Source: Sedimentibacter sp. | Lineage (GTDB): Bacteria; Bacillota; Clostridia; Tissierellales; Sedimentibacteraceae | Length of the DNA stretch: 56,632 nucleotides | Assembly (NCBI GenBank): GCA_036720515.1 | Contig: DAIMMU010000001.1 | Coordinates: 1 to 56,632 of the forward strand | Direction of reading: 5' to 3' | Shown here: positions 28,363 to 39,000 of the stretch, in pieces | How positions within the stretch are numbered: the stretch's first letter is position 1 | Layout: each line of letters begins with the position of its first letter | Program-made: the position numbers and the translations under genes | Notes under the pieces: generated by a model | What the model was told of the DNA's origin: nothing | Databases searched by the model: none | Seen by the model: only the letters and a program-made list of their open reading frames with translations

Positions 28363-29490
28363 ATGAACTACGGTCATAAGCTTTTCTTTCATAAAGATAT
28401 TTATAATACAGAAGATACGAATGCTCTGTTTCTTAATGCAATTTTGGAAAATATAAAGCATCACACCGATAACTGTCCGGACTATGCAAAAATAATATCT
28501 CATCAAGGTTTTTCAATTAATGAGGTGGAAACAATAGAAGATATATATAAAATTCCGCCCATACCAACACTTTTTTTAAAAAAACACACGCTTTATTCAG
28601 CGCCGGAAAATAAACTTATGCTTAAATCAACTACATCAGGTACAGGCGGCAAGGTCAGTGAAATGGCACTTGACCTGTCATCAGCATGGCGAGGCATGGG
28701 CATGGTACTGGGGACATTCATCACAAATAAATTAGTATCCATTCATCCAACCAATTACATAGTCTTGGGATATCAGCCATCAAAACGAAATAAGATCGGT
28801 GCTGTTAAAACCGCATATGCGACTACATATGCCGCTCCTGCCATTCATAGGGAATATGCTCTTAAAGATACAGGAACAGACTATGTCCTTAACATGGACG
28901 GAATAAAAAATGCTTTACTTCGTTATGAAAAAATGGGTCTTCCGGTACGCTTCATAGGGTTCCCGGCGTATTTTTCGTTTTTATTGAAAGAGCTCATTGA
29001 TTCAGGAATCAAACTCAAGCTTCATCCTAAATCACTAATAATTTTAGCCGGAGGCTGGAAAACCTTTTTTGCCGAGCAGGTAGACAAACCCGCTTTATAT
29101 GAAATGTCGCAAGAAGTTTTAGGGCTGGGCGGCGACCGGTCAAAAGAATTCTTTGGTGCTGTTGAACATCCTATCCCCTATTTTAATTGCCCGAACCACC
29201 ATTTTCATGTACCGATATATTCAAGAGTACTCATTCGTGATTTAAATATGCAGCCTGTCGGATACGGAGTTCCCGGCATATTAAATTTAATTACACCAAT
29301 GATGACAAGCATGCCGTTTGTCAGTGTCATGACCGATGATTTGGCAATAATGCATCCCGGCGAAGAATGCGGATGCGGTATAAACTCGCCGTATTTTGAA
29401 ATTCTGGGACGTGTGGGGCTTGCAGATATTAAAACATGTGCGGCGAATGCTTTTGAGCTGCTGGACATAAAGAAAGGCGGTGCGGTATGA
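28363..29490 (+). CDS. LuxE-like acyl-protein synthetase
   Basis: STTSGT, GFPAY, AGGWK, FGAVEH, MTDDLA..CGCG..FEILGR..KTC. Confidence 0.88.
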   Translation: MNYGHKLFFHKDIYNTEDTNALFLNAILENIKHHTDNCPDYAKIISHQGFSINEVETIEDIYKIPPIPTLFLKKHTLYSAPENKLMLKSTTSGTGGKVSEMALDLSSAWRGMGMVLGTFITNKLVSIHPTNYIVLGYQPSKRNKIGAVKTAYATTYAAPAIHREYALKDTGTDYVLNMDGIKNALLRYEKMGLPVRFIGFPAYFSFLLKELIDSGIKLKLHPKSLIILAGGWKTFFAEQVDKPALYEMSQEVLGLGGDRSKEFFGAVEHPIPYFNCPNHHFHVPIYSRVLIRDLNMQPVGYGVPGILNLITPMMTSMPFVSVMTDDLAIMHPGEECGCGINSPYFEILGRVGLADIKTCAANAFELLDIKKGGAV

Positions 29491-30794
29491 ATCTGGTAAA
29501 AGGGAAAATCACGGACTCGAAAGAATGCGATATTATATTGGATAATCTGGAACATTATATTATTGATACACTGAAAAAAGGAAGACTTAATACTGAAACA
29601 GTTATTAACGCCTGCAATAAAGTTGTGTCCGATTTGGACGAATCGTATTATATAGAGGCAATGGCAGGACTTGGAATTGATAAATCAATAAGCAAAAACT
29701 ATATCAACGAAATGCGCAGTCTTTTCAACAAAGACAGTCTGCTTCACCGCATAAAGGTCGAATTGGGCGATATATTATGTAATCCTGTTACATTTAATCC
29801 TCCGTACAAAGAGTCTGCCGTCACCCGGCAAATTCTGCCGCTTGGTGTTTTGCTGCATGTTGCTGCCGGCAATGCTGACGGATTACCGGCATTCAGCGTA
29901 TTGGAGGGGCTTCTGACCGGAAATATAAATATTTTAAAATTGCCTGCGGAAGAGAGCGGTATATCGGTACGACTGCTGCTTGAGCTTATAGAGGCAGAGC
30001 CTATCTTGGCAGACTATATTTATGTGTTTGATTATTCCTCAAAGGACATCGAACATATAGAACAGCTGATTTCTGCTGCAGATGCCGTCGTTGTATGGGG
30101 AGGCAAGGAAGCTGTGTCTGCTCTGCGGAAGCTTATTCCTCCGAATATCAAGCTTATTGAATGGGGTCATAAAGTAAGCTTTGCATACGTTACAAAGCAA
30201 GGCATAACACAAAGCGGCATGGAGGGTCTTGCAAAAAATATTGCAGAAACCGGACAATTGCTGTGCAGTTCTCTGCAGGGAATTTTTATTGATACGGACA
30301 ACATGAATGATATATATGAATTCTGCAATAGCTTCCTGCCGATTTTAGAATATGCTATTAGTAGCAATCCCCAGAAAATCGGAATAGGTATAAAATCCCA
30401 ATCTGCCCTTAAGCTGTACACGGAAGAGCTTGAAGGCATCTATAATAACAACAGGATATTTAAAGGCAGCAACTGCAGCCTGATTGCATATCGGGATAAA
30501 GCAATTGATACATCGATTCAATTTGGGAATGCGTGGGTAAGACCGCTGCCTCGTTTAGAACTGCTGCCTACACTTCGTCCATATAAAAACTACCTTCAAA
30601 CAGTCGGATTGCTTTGCAGTCAATCAGAACTTGCTGTCCTGTCAGATATGCTTTTTAATGCCGGTGCCGTACGTGTATGCTCCGGTGAAAACATGTCTTC
30701 GTCCTATTGCGGAGCCCCCCATGACGGAGAATACCCTCTAAGGCGCTATACAAGAATTGTAAATATTGATCACTCCGGAACTACGTGGAAATAA
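29487..30794 (+). CDS. LuxC-like acyl-CoA reductase
   Basis: PLGVLLHVAAGN, LLTGN..ILK, VVWGG, EWGHKVSF, GQLLCSS, HDGEYPL; ATGA overlap with the luxE-like gene. Confidence 0.88.
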   Translation: MNLVKGKITDSKECDIILDNLEHYIIDTLKKGRLNTETVINACNKVVSDLDESYYIEAMAGLGIDKSISKNYINEMRSLFNKDSLLHRIKVELGDILCNPVTFNPPYKESAVTRQILPLGVLLHVAAGNADGLPAFSVLEGLLTGNINILKLPAEESGISVRLLLELIEAEPILADYIYVFDYSSKDIEHIEQLISAADAVVVWGGKEAVSALRKLIPPNIKLIEWGHKVSFAYVTKQGITQSGMEGLAKNIAETGQLLCSSLQGIFIDTDNMNDIYEFCNSFLPILEYAISSNPQKIGIGIKSQSALKLYTEELEGIYNNNRIFKGSNCSLIAYRDKAIDTSIQFGNAWVRPLPRLELLPTLRPYKNYLQTVGLLCSQSELAVLSDMLFNAGAVRVCSGENMSSSYCGAPHDGEYPLRRYTRIVNIDHSGTTWK

Positions 30795-30797
30795 ACT

Positions 30798-30850
30798 ATG
30801 GGCGGTTAAACTTAAATTAGCTTAACCGCCCATCTTAATAATCTTTTTTT
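30798..30850. terminator. Terminator after the luxC-like gene
   Basis: ATGGGCGGTTAA/TTAACCGCCCAT 12-bp stem. Confidence 0.75.
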
Positions 30851-30948
30851 GTACCTTTATTCAATGTGAAGATTTTCTGCTCTCTTAAAAGTCTCATTCT
30901 TTAAGCATTTTAAATCTTACAGATTCAATTCAATTATTTTTATCTGAA

Positions 30949-31956
30949 TTATTGATTCAGAGAGGCTGTCTTACCCGCAATACGACCAAATACGGCTATA
31001 TCGCATATTGCATTTCCACCAAGTCGGTTACCTCCGTGTATACCTCCTGTAACCTCTCCTGCAGCATAAAGTCCCGGTATCGGTTTATCGTTTTGGTCCA
31101 GAACATGACATTCAGTATCTATCTTTAAACCACCCATAGTATGGTGCACTGTAGGTATTCTCTTAGCCGCATAATATGGAGGATTACCCAATTTCTTATC
31201 AAATGTCGTTAATCCGAATTCATCTGTACCTCCCTCTACGACTGCATTATAATCATCAATTGATTTTTGAAGATTGGCAGCATCAACACCGATTTCTTTT
31301 GCTAATTCTTCTACAGTATTACCTTTAAATGCTTTTCCCAATAAAACCGCATTTTCAATCTCAACATTTCCTTCGGGATATTTGTTTGTATCTGCTATAA
31401 CCCACATATTTCCGTCTGGTTGCGCATAAATTGCATTAACCATCACATCACGCCTTGCATCTTCCGATACAAATCTTTTTCCTTCATTATTTACAAATAT
31501 TCTGTTTAATCCCGGTGTGCCCGGAACACCCATCATCATTCCGGTACCAACCTCTCCATTTGGATGCAATTGTATAAGACCCATATCAATTAATTGTGCC
31601 CCTATAGCTTCACCCATTACAATACCATCACCCTGAGCGGCAACACTTTGATTTGAGCATCCAATACTACTGTCTAAGTTTGCCCATTGCTCGTTATATT
31701 TTTGTCGCATTTCCACATTGGCTCCAAAGCCGCCCGTGGCTATAATAACACCTTTGTCAGCTGTGTATGTAATAGGGTTATCGCCATTCATAGCTTTAAC
31801 GCCCACAACTCTTCCATCTTTAACAATTAATTCTTCTGCTTTAGTGTTTAATTGAACCTCTATATTGTCATTTGCTTCAATATAATCAACAATTCTGTCT
31901 ATTAGAAGATTAAATTTTTTTTGATGTACACTATCCGAATAAAAATCATATTTGAA
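30949..31956 (-). pseudogene. 5'-truncated flavocytochrome c / fumarate-urocanate reductase-family flavoprotein
   Basis: Has IATGGF, QLHP, RRD, TVHHTMGG, GLYAAGEVTGG and NRLGGNA but no N-terminal GxGxxG; the frame stays open to 31956 without an ATG/RBS. Confidence 0.75.
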
Positions 31957-32146
31957 TTAATATATGCGATATGTTAAAATACAAGCAGGATTTCCGGCAA
32001 AAACAAATTCATTATTAAGTTCCGCAAAATTATTATATTTATTTTCGTTCATAGCAAAAACAAAAATCTGTCACCTTTGGCAGAGGCTTTCAAAGTTTTT
32101 TAGTACATTGTCACAATATGAAAATTTAATATAAGGAAGTGAAAAT

Positions 32147-33187
32147 ATGTCATTAGATGATATTAAGCTGACTCAAATGACTAAAAGCTCCGGCTGAGCA
32201 GCTAAAATCGGACCAGAAGTCCTGGCACAAGTATTGTGTCATTTAAATAATGATTCTGATGAAAATCTATTGGTAGGAATCAGTACTTCAGATGATGCCT
32301 CAGTTTATAAGATAACTGATGATATTGCCTTAGTACAAACATTGGATTTTTTTACGCCTGTCGTTGACGACCCTTATGAATATGGTCAAATAGCGGCTGC
32401 GAATTCATTAAGTGATGTTTATGCCATGGGCGGCGAGCCTAAGTTAGCACTAAACATTACGTGCTTTCCCGAAGATTTGCCTAAGGATATTATTAAAAAC
32501 ATTCTTAAAGGCGGTCATGATAAAGTAAGAGAAGCTAATGCAATGATTATCGGAGGCCACACCGTAGAAGACAAAGAACCGAAATACGGGTTATCCGTAA
32601 CCGGATTTATACATCCGAAGGATGTTGTAACTAACTGCAATGCAAAACCGGGTGATGCCTTAATCCTTACAAAACCTTTGGGACTTGGTATATTGAATAC
32701 AGGCATTAAAGCAGGAATAGTAAGCGAAGAAGGTTATAAAACAGCCGTCCATGTAATGACTGAATTGAATAAATTCTCTAAGGACGCAATGATGAAGGTT
32801 GGTGTTAACAGCTGTACCGACATAACAGGATTTGGTCTGTTAGGTCATGCATTTGAAATGGCTCAAGGAAGTAATGTTACCATTAAGTTTAATTCACGCT
32901 CAATACCGATTATCGAAGAAGCGCTGTCTTTAGCTAAAATGGGTATTATTCCGGGCGGAGCCTACAAAAATATGGAATACATAAAGGACTTTGTAAAGAT
33001 TTCAGAGTCGGTACCCCAGGAAATTGCAGACTGCATATTTGACCCGCAAACATCGGGAGGACTTCTGATTTCATTAGAAAAAGAAAAATCCGAGTTATTG
33101 CTTAATGAGCTTAAAAACAGCAGCACACCCTATGCCGTAATAGGTGAGGTTTTAGAAAAACAAGAATACAGCATAATCGTAGAATAA
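32147..33187 (+). CDS. selD: Selenide, water dikinase (selenoprotein; Sec at codon 17)
   Basis: ATG 32147: MSLDDIKLTQMTKSSG-TGA(32195-32197)-AAKIGP continues in frame into DDASVY..QTLDFFTP, DITGFGLLGH, DPQTSGGLL. Confidence 0.95.
32198..32230 (+). promoter_or_regulatory. Candidate bacterial SECIS element
   Basis: GGAC-CAGAA-GTCC hairpin (32210-32222) just 3' of the UGA. Confidence 0.5.
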
Positions 33188-33197
33188 TGAATTTCAA

Positions 33198-33290
33198 GGA
33201 ATTCTGAGGGCATTCCGGAATTCTGAGGACGGACCTTTCAGTTCTAAAAAAAATTTGACGGCATTCCGGAGACAGACCTTGGAATGCCGT
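33198..33290. repeat. REP-like elements downstream of selD
   Basis: GGAATTCTGAGGACGGACCTT and ACGGCATTCC-GGAGACAGACCTT-GGAATGCCGT (reverse cores with inverted arms). Confidence 0.8.
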
Positions 33291-33343
33291 TATATAACCC
33301 CATAGATGAATATGCAAGCATTATTCATCTATGGGGTTATATA
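33291..33343. terminator. 22-bp perfect inverted repeat between convergent genes
   Basis: TATATAACCCCATAGATGAATA / TATTCATCTATGGGGTTATATA with a 9-nt loop. Confidence 0.75.
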
Positions 33344-33441
33344 TTCTGTTTTGTTTTCCATGTTGTTACCTCATTAATCATTGCATCGATTTACATAACT
33401 ATAATTATGTTGATTTATTGCCGCGGAACCGGCATTTGAGT

Positions 33442-34305
33442 TTATGACATTTTAAGGTCCGTCCCCAGAATTCTTTTTTCTTGGGGTCTTGTTTCCAGTA
33501 AGCGAGGGTTATAGAAATATTTTTCCAACAGCTTGAAGGATCTTGCATAATATACGCCGTCACAAATTCTTTCATCCATGGTGTAACCTATTTCACAGCA
33601 TTTTTTCACTACTATCTGTTCATTTTCTACAATCGGTAGTTTAACGGTTTTCCCAAGAGCGGCAAATATACCGGTTGTTCCAAAGTCATAAAGATGGTGA
33701 TAAATATAATGCGTATCTATTGATTTTAAGAAAGTAAAAAATAATGTCGTGTGAAAGGGGCTTGCATCGATTACGCTTTTGGGAAGCATATTGTAATTAT
33801 CCATTGCCTTTATCAGTCTGACCAATACTTTTTTCACAAACCCGGGCATTGACATTACCATTTCGGCAAGTTTGTCCGTATCTGTGCTTTCATTGAAAGA
33901 AAGTGCTTTTGCTATATCTCTATCTATAATTTCCGCTATTTCAAAAATATCTTCGTTTCCCGTAAATTCAAATTTAACGGTTGTCTCTTCGCCTTCATCC
34001 CGAAGAGAGCGTTTAACCGCCATCGAAACGTATATTTTATTTCTTTGATATATCTGATTATTCATTACGAAACGGTTCAGTTGAGGTCTTTGTGCAATTA
34101 GTCTCACATATGCAGCTATAAATACATGCATATAGTTAAGGTTGTAACCTGATTGCTTTTTTTCGGCAATATATCTGTCAATACTTTCAGCCGGAAAAGT
34201 TTGCTTTGAGAAATTTTGTGAATCACTTCGTTTTTCCATTACATAAGGTATTATTTTCATAAAAGGTTTCAAATCTTTAAGTAAATAGCCGTCACTTCTT
34301 CTCAT
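33442..34305 (-). CDS. Stand-alone 2-oxoacid dehydrogenase E2-like acyltransferase catalytic-domain protein
   Basis: RPQLNRF, DASPFHTT, YHHLYDFG, TMDERICDG; no lipoyl domain; ATG 34305 after GGAGG. Confidence 0.75.
   Translation of the reverse strand: MRRSDGYLLKDLKPFMKIIPYVMEKRSDSQNFSKQTFPAESIDRYIAEKKQSGYNLNYMHVFIAAYVRLIAQRPQLNRFVMNNQIYQRNKIYVSMAVKRSLRDEGEETTVKFEFTGNEDIFEIAEIIDRDIAKALSFNESTDTDKLAEMVMSMPGFVKKVLVRLIKAMDNYNMLPKSVIDASPFHTTLFFTFLKSIDTHYIYHHLYDFGTTGIFAALGKTVKLPIVENEQIVVKKCCEIGYTMDERICDGVYYARSFKLLEKYFYNPRLLETRPQEKRILGTDLKMS
33446..33473. repeat. REP-like element inside the 3' end of the E2-like gene
   Basis: GACATTTTAAGGTCCGTCCCCAGAATTC. Confidence 0.82.
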
Positions 34306-34354
34306 AAAAACCTCCATAATCTTGCCGGGCATTCCTTCCCGGAATGCAACTCAC

Positions 34355-34384
34355 AAAAAGAATACCACACTTTCGGTGCGGTAT
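34355..34384 (-). terminator. Terminator after the amidohydrolase gene
   Basis: ATACCGCAC-CGAAA-GTGTGGTAT then TCTTTTT on the minus strand. Confidence 0.75.
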
Positions 34385-34409
34385 CAATTGTTATTATTTT
34401 TATAGATAA

Positions 34410-36038
34410 TTATTTTCTATATACTGATTTTCCGTCAACATATGTTTCTATAATTTGAGTACCAAGAATTTCTTTTTCGTCGGTTAAATTGTATAAATCC
34501 TTATCAAGCAGAACAAAGTCTGCCAATTTTCCGGCTGTTATAGAGCCCTTTATATCTTCTTCGCCGGAAGCATAAGCACCTTCAATCGTGTATGACTTCA
34601 ATGCTTCATCCATAGACAGCTTTTCATCCGGCAGATAAATCTTTTTATCTTCTCCCGTAATACCCTTTCTTGTTACCGCCGAATAAATATTGGGCATGGT
34701 GTCAAATCTTTCAACGGGACAATCCGTTCCGAAGGAAGCATGTACTCCTTTGTTAATCATTGTTTTCCATGCATATGAAGTTTCGGCCAAATCCTTGCCT
34801 ACTCTGTCGTATACTATATTCATGTCATAATCTATGAATATGGGCTGGATATATGTTATTACATTCAATTTCCTGATGCGGTTTAGAAGCTCTTCCTCCG
34901 TTATTTGGCAATGTACGATTCCATGTCTCGGATTGTTATCAGGGTACTCTTTCTGTGCATATTCTATTGCATTCAATGACATTTCTATCGCCTTATCCCC
35001 TATTGCGTGTATTGCGACAGGACAATTGTTCTTATGGGATAATAAAACCAATTCATTAATTTCATCCTGAGTCATTATTTCAATTCCATTCGTGGAAGGG
35101 TCATCATTGTAAGGGTTTCTCAGTGCAGCGGTTCTTGCACCAAGCGAACCGTCCGTAAAAAGCTTAATGCATACTATACGATATTTGTTGTTGCCCCACC
35201 CATGATTATATCCTTTTTGAAAGAATCCTTTCAGCAAATCAATATCGGGAATTGAACACTGCTCACCTATACGTACTTTAAGCCTTCCTTCTTCATCTAA
35301 TTCTTTTAATGCCTGAAACAGTAATTTATAGTCTCTTTCAGTCGTATATCCGATATCATCTGTCTGCACCGATGTTATTCCTTGTGCCAAAGCAAAATAT
35401 TGAGCTTCCTCCATAATATTTTTTAATGCTTCTAAGCCCCGGTCGTAAATACTGATTTTAACAATTGATAATAAACCCTCTTTAATAACTCCGTTCGGCT
35501 CACCGTCCGGCAACGTCTCAATTAAGTGTCCGTATTGTTTTGCCGTTTCCTTGTTTAAACCGACAATTTTTAGTGCCGCAGAGTTTAATACTCCGACATG
35601 AAAGCAAGCACGCATAATCATGACCGGTACATCACCCGTAATACCGTCTAAATCAAATTTATTCGGGAATCTTTTTTCATCGGTAAAATAATCGTGGTTC
35701 CAGCCTACTCCTTCAATCCAGGAATTATCTCCGGCATCTCTTTTTTCAAAACTTCTTTTAATTCTGCACTTAATTTCTTCAATGCTTTTTACTCCAACTA
35801 AATCTACGTTTTTCAAGCCTTTTGCAAAATGTAGAAAGTGCATATGTGAATCATTAAAGCCCGGCAATACGAAATGACCTTTTAAATCGACTTCATTGAA
35901 GCTGTGATTGTTTAAGTAATCTCTTGCACCTGATTCAGTTCCCACATAGACAAATTTATTGCCATCCACTACAAATGCATCTGCAACCGTAACCTCATCC
36001 ATTGTATGGATATTTCCGTTTTTAAATAATGTTTTCAA
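34410..36038 (-). CDS. Amidohydrolase 3 family (YtcJ-like)
   Basis: PGFNDSHMH, KLFTDGSLGARTA, HAIGD, HGIVHCQ, GTDCP, GKLADFV; likely TTG start at 36038 after GGAGG (alternative ATG at 36050). Confidence 0.88.
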   Translation of the reverse strand: MKTLFKNGNIHTMDEVTVADAFVVDGNKFVYVGTESGARDYLNNHSFNEVDLKGHFVLPGFNDSHMHFLHFAKGLKNVDLVGVKSIEEIKCRIKRSFEKRDAGDNSWIEGVGWNHDYFTDEKRFPNKFDLDGITGDVPVMIMRACFHVGVLNSAALKIVGLNKETAKQYGHLIETLPDGEPNGVIKEGLLSIVKISIYDRGLEALKNIMEEAQYFALAQGITSVQTDDIGYTTERDYKLLFQALKELDEEGRLKVRIGEQCSIPDIDLLKGFFQKGYNHGWGNNKYRIVCIKLFTDGSLGARTAALRNPYNDDPSTNGIEIMTQDEINELVLLSHKNNCPVAIHAIGDKAIEMSLNAIEYAQKEYPDNNPRHGIVHCQITEEELLNRIRKLNVITYIQPIFIDYDMNIVYDRVGKDLAETSYAWKTMINKGVHASFGTDCPVERFDTMPNIYSAVTRKGITGEDKKIYLPDEKLSMDEALKSYTIEGAYASGEEDIKGSITAGKLADFVLLDKDLYNLTDEKEILGTQIIETYVDGKSVYRK

Positions 36039-36057
36039 TTCTTCCTCCATTTTTATT

Positions 36058-39000
36058 TTATGATTTTTCGATTTTCACCTTACTTCCGCCTAATCCCGCC
36101 ACTGCAGGAGTAACAATTAGTTTAACCGGAACACGATTCTTAATTGATTCCACATGGCTTATTATACCTATGGATAACTTGTCGTGATGGATTTTTTCAA
36201 GAGAATCCATTACAGTTTCAAGCAAATTGTCATCAAGGGTACCAAAACCTTCATCAAGGAAAAACAATTCAAGGGGTGCAGTTCCTTTAAGCTGTATTTG
36301 TGATGACAGAGCCAATGCAAGTGCAAGGGATGCAACAAATGTTTCTCCCCCAGACAATGTCGTGGCATCTCTTTGTGCTCCTCCGTTTTTATAGTCTCTG
36401 ATTAAAAATTTGCCATTTTCATCAACTTCAAGGCCGTAGGTTCCTCCCGTTATTTCTTTAAGCTTTTTGCTTGCTTCGACTGACACATATTTAAGCTGGT
36501 TGGCTGCAACAAATTCAACGAATTTCTTACCCCTGAAAAGCTTATCCAAATCATTTAACAATGCCATTTTGTGATTTAGCTTTTGCTTTTCCTTTAAAAG
36601 CTCGGTTTTCACCTTTAGCTTAACTACTATCGATTTTAATTCTACCTCAATGCTTGTGGCGATTTTTTGCAGCTCGTCAGCCATCATGGCTTTTTCATTT
36701 TTAATTTTCTGTATTTCGTTCCATTGCTCTTCAGTCAGATTTCTGTTGTCAATTTTTTTATTTAAGCTTGTAAACGCACCGTTAAGCTCTGCAACAGCAT
36801 TGTTATACTTTTCGATTTTTGCTTTAAGTTTATCTATTTCGGATTTGGGAACAAAATTTTTCTTAGCTGCATTCACATCCTTTATTCCTTCCTCTGCCAA
36901 TGCCTTGTCAAGCATGTCCCTGTCATTAACGCTTCTTTCCTGCAAGCTTAACAAATTGCCTTGCAAGGATATTATTTTATTGTTTACTTCGTTAAACAGT
37001 TCTTCAACCTCATTTTTTTTCTTTTCATACATATTAAACTGATTTTCAATTTGAAGGACTGATTTTATAATTTGCTCCTTTAACAATTCAAGATTTTCCG
37101 CAACTCCAACCTTGCTTAGGATTATATTTTGCTTTTCTTGAATACTCTTTGTTTTTTCCGCAATAATTGTATTCTTTTCGTTTAATTGAATTTTCAAATC
37201 ATTGCATTCATTTGCCGATTTTTCTTTATTAAGCTGCTCCTCTTTTAAACTGCTTCTAAGGTTTTTGATTTCCCGTTCCAATACTGCTCTTTCTTTTTCC
37301 TTGTTGTTTATATCGGTTCTCACTGATTTAAAATCTTCAACAAATATTTCTTTTTTAAGCATTGATAACTTTTCCCAAGACTTATTTAATTCTGTATTTT
37401 TTGATTTTAAGTCAGATGACAGCTTATCCAACAACTCTCTGTTGTAACATGATGCATTGTTTGCATTGTTATAGTCCGTAAGGATGCTGTGTTTTTCTTC
37501 AGTGATTGTTTGCAGCTCTTTTTCAAGTATAGTTTTATCTGTATTGTACTTATTTACAGCTTTATATAATAAATCAAATTCTTGCCGTAGCTCTTCAACC
37601 GAATAATCCCTATATTCACCGCCTAAATTATTAAGCTTTAAATTATTATCGCTTAAATTGCTTTCTTCAGCAGCAAGTCTTTCACTTAATTTAATTATTT
37701 CCGAATTTATAAACTCGTGGTTTTCTTCTTTTAATTTTAGATCATTTCTTAATTCTTCAAGATTTCCGGTTTGTTCAGCATGCAAAATATTTTCCTTGTG
37801 ATGCTCTGTGGAGCCGCATACAGGGCATATGTCCCCGACCGCCAAGGATTCTCTCAAAATATATGCTAAATTTTCTTTTTCTAATCTTTTTATTTCATCT
37901 TTTAATATATTTATTTTTTCAAAAATACGGGTTTTCTCCTGTTGTTTATCTTTAAGCTCTTTACCAAATGTTTCTGTGTTCAGGAGTCCTTTTTCAATAG
38001 CAAAAGTGTATTCCTTGTGTTTGTCCCATTTTTCTTTTGCATAGGAAAGCTTTTCTTTCAAGCTTATAAGTGTATCCTGGTTTCCGGGACAATTCTCATT
38101 TAAATTTTTTAATTTACCGGATAATTCACCCATCAATTTTTCTTTTTCATTAAGCAGCTTTGAAAGGTTTTCGCTTTTGGCTTTTGCTTCTTCAATATTA
38201 TGCTTAGTTGAGTTTATGTCTTTTTCAATACTTACGATTTGTTTTTTTATACTTTCAAATTCGCTTAATATAATAATTCCTTCATTAACCTTATTTTTAA
38301 ATTCCTCGGAAACCTTGAGTTTTTCTGCTTTACTTTCCTTGGCATTGATATTTTCATTAATGCTAATGATATTTCCATCGTTTTTGTTTAAGCTTTTTAC
38401 TGCAGTGTTCAACCTTTCATCTGTTTTCAAAATACTTTCCCGCAAGCTTATTTTTTCTTTTAACAATGAGTCAAGCAGCTTTTTTTCTTCAATTGCATCA
38501 AGCACCTGCTGCTCTTTGATTTTAAGCTTTGGCAGTTCCGTATCTTTTTTATTTTTTGCATCTGCCAAACTTATTTCCGCAGTTTTTTTGTCTTCTTTGA
38601 TTTTTTCCGCTTTTTTACTCAGGGATTCGATTTCGGATTTTACTTCTGAAATTTGTCCCAATGTGTTTTCATAACTGTCAACATACGGTTTTACCTTAAG
38701 AGAGCTTTCTAAAACCGAAACCTCATGCTTGCTGCTTTCTATGTCCTCTTCCTGTTCTTTAAGAGTTTTTTCTTTAATTTTCAGCTCATAGAATTCATTT
38801 TGCAGCTCCCATAATTCCCTGCCTTCATTATAAGCTTTTTCGGCTTTTAATAATTCCTCCTTACAGATTTTTAACTGCTTATATGTTTCATTAAACACAT
38901 TATTTTTTTCCTCCAAAATTTCATCGCTTACATCTTTGTAACCGTTAAGCTCGCCTTCAACAATATTTGCTTTTTGATTTTCTTCTTTTATTTTATTTCC

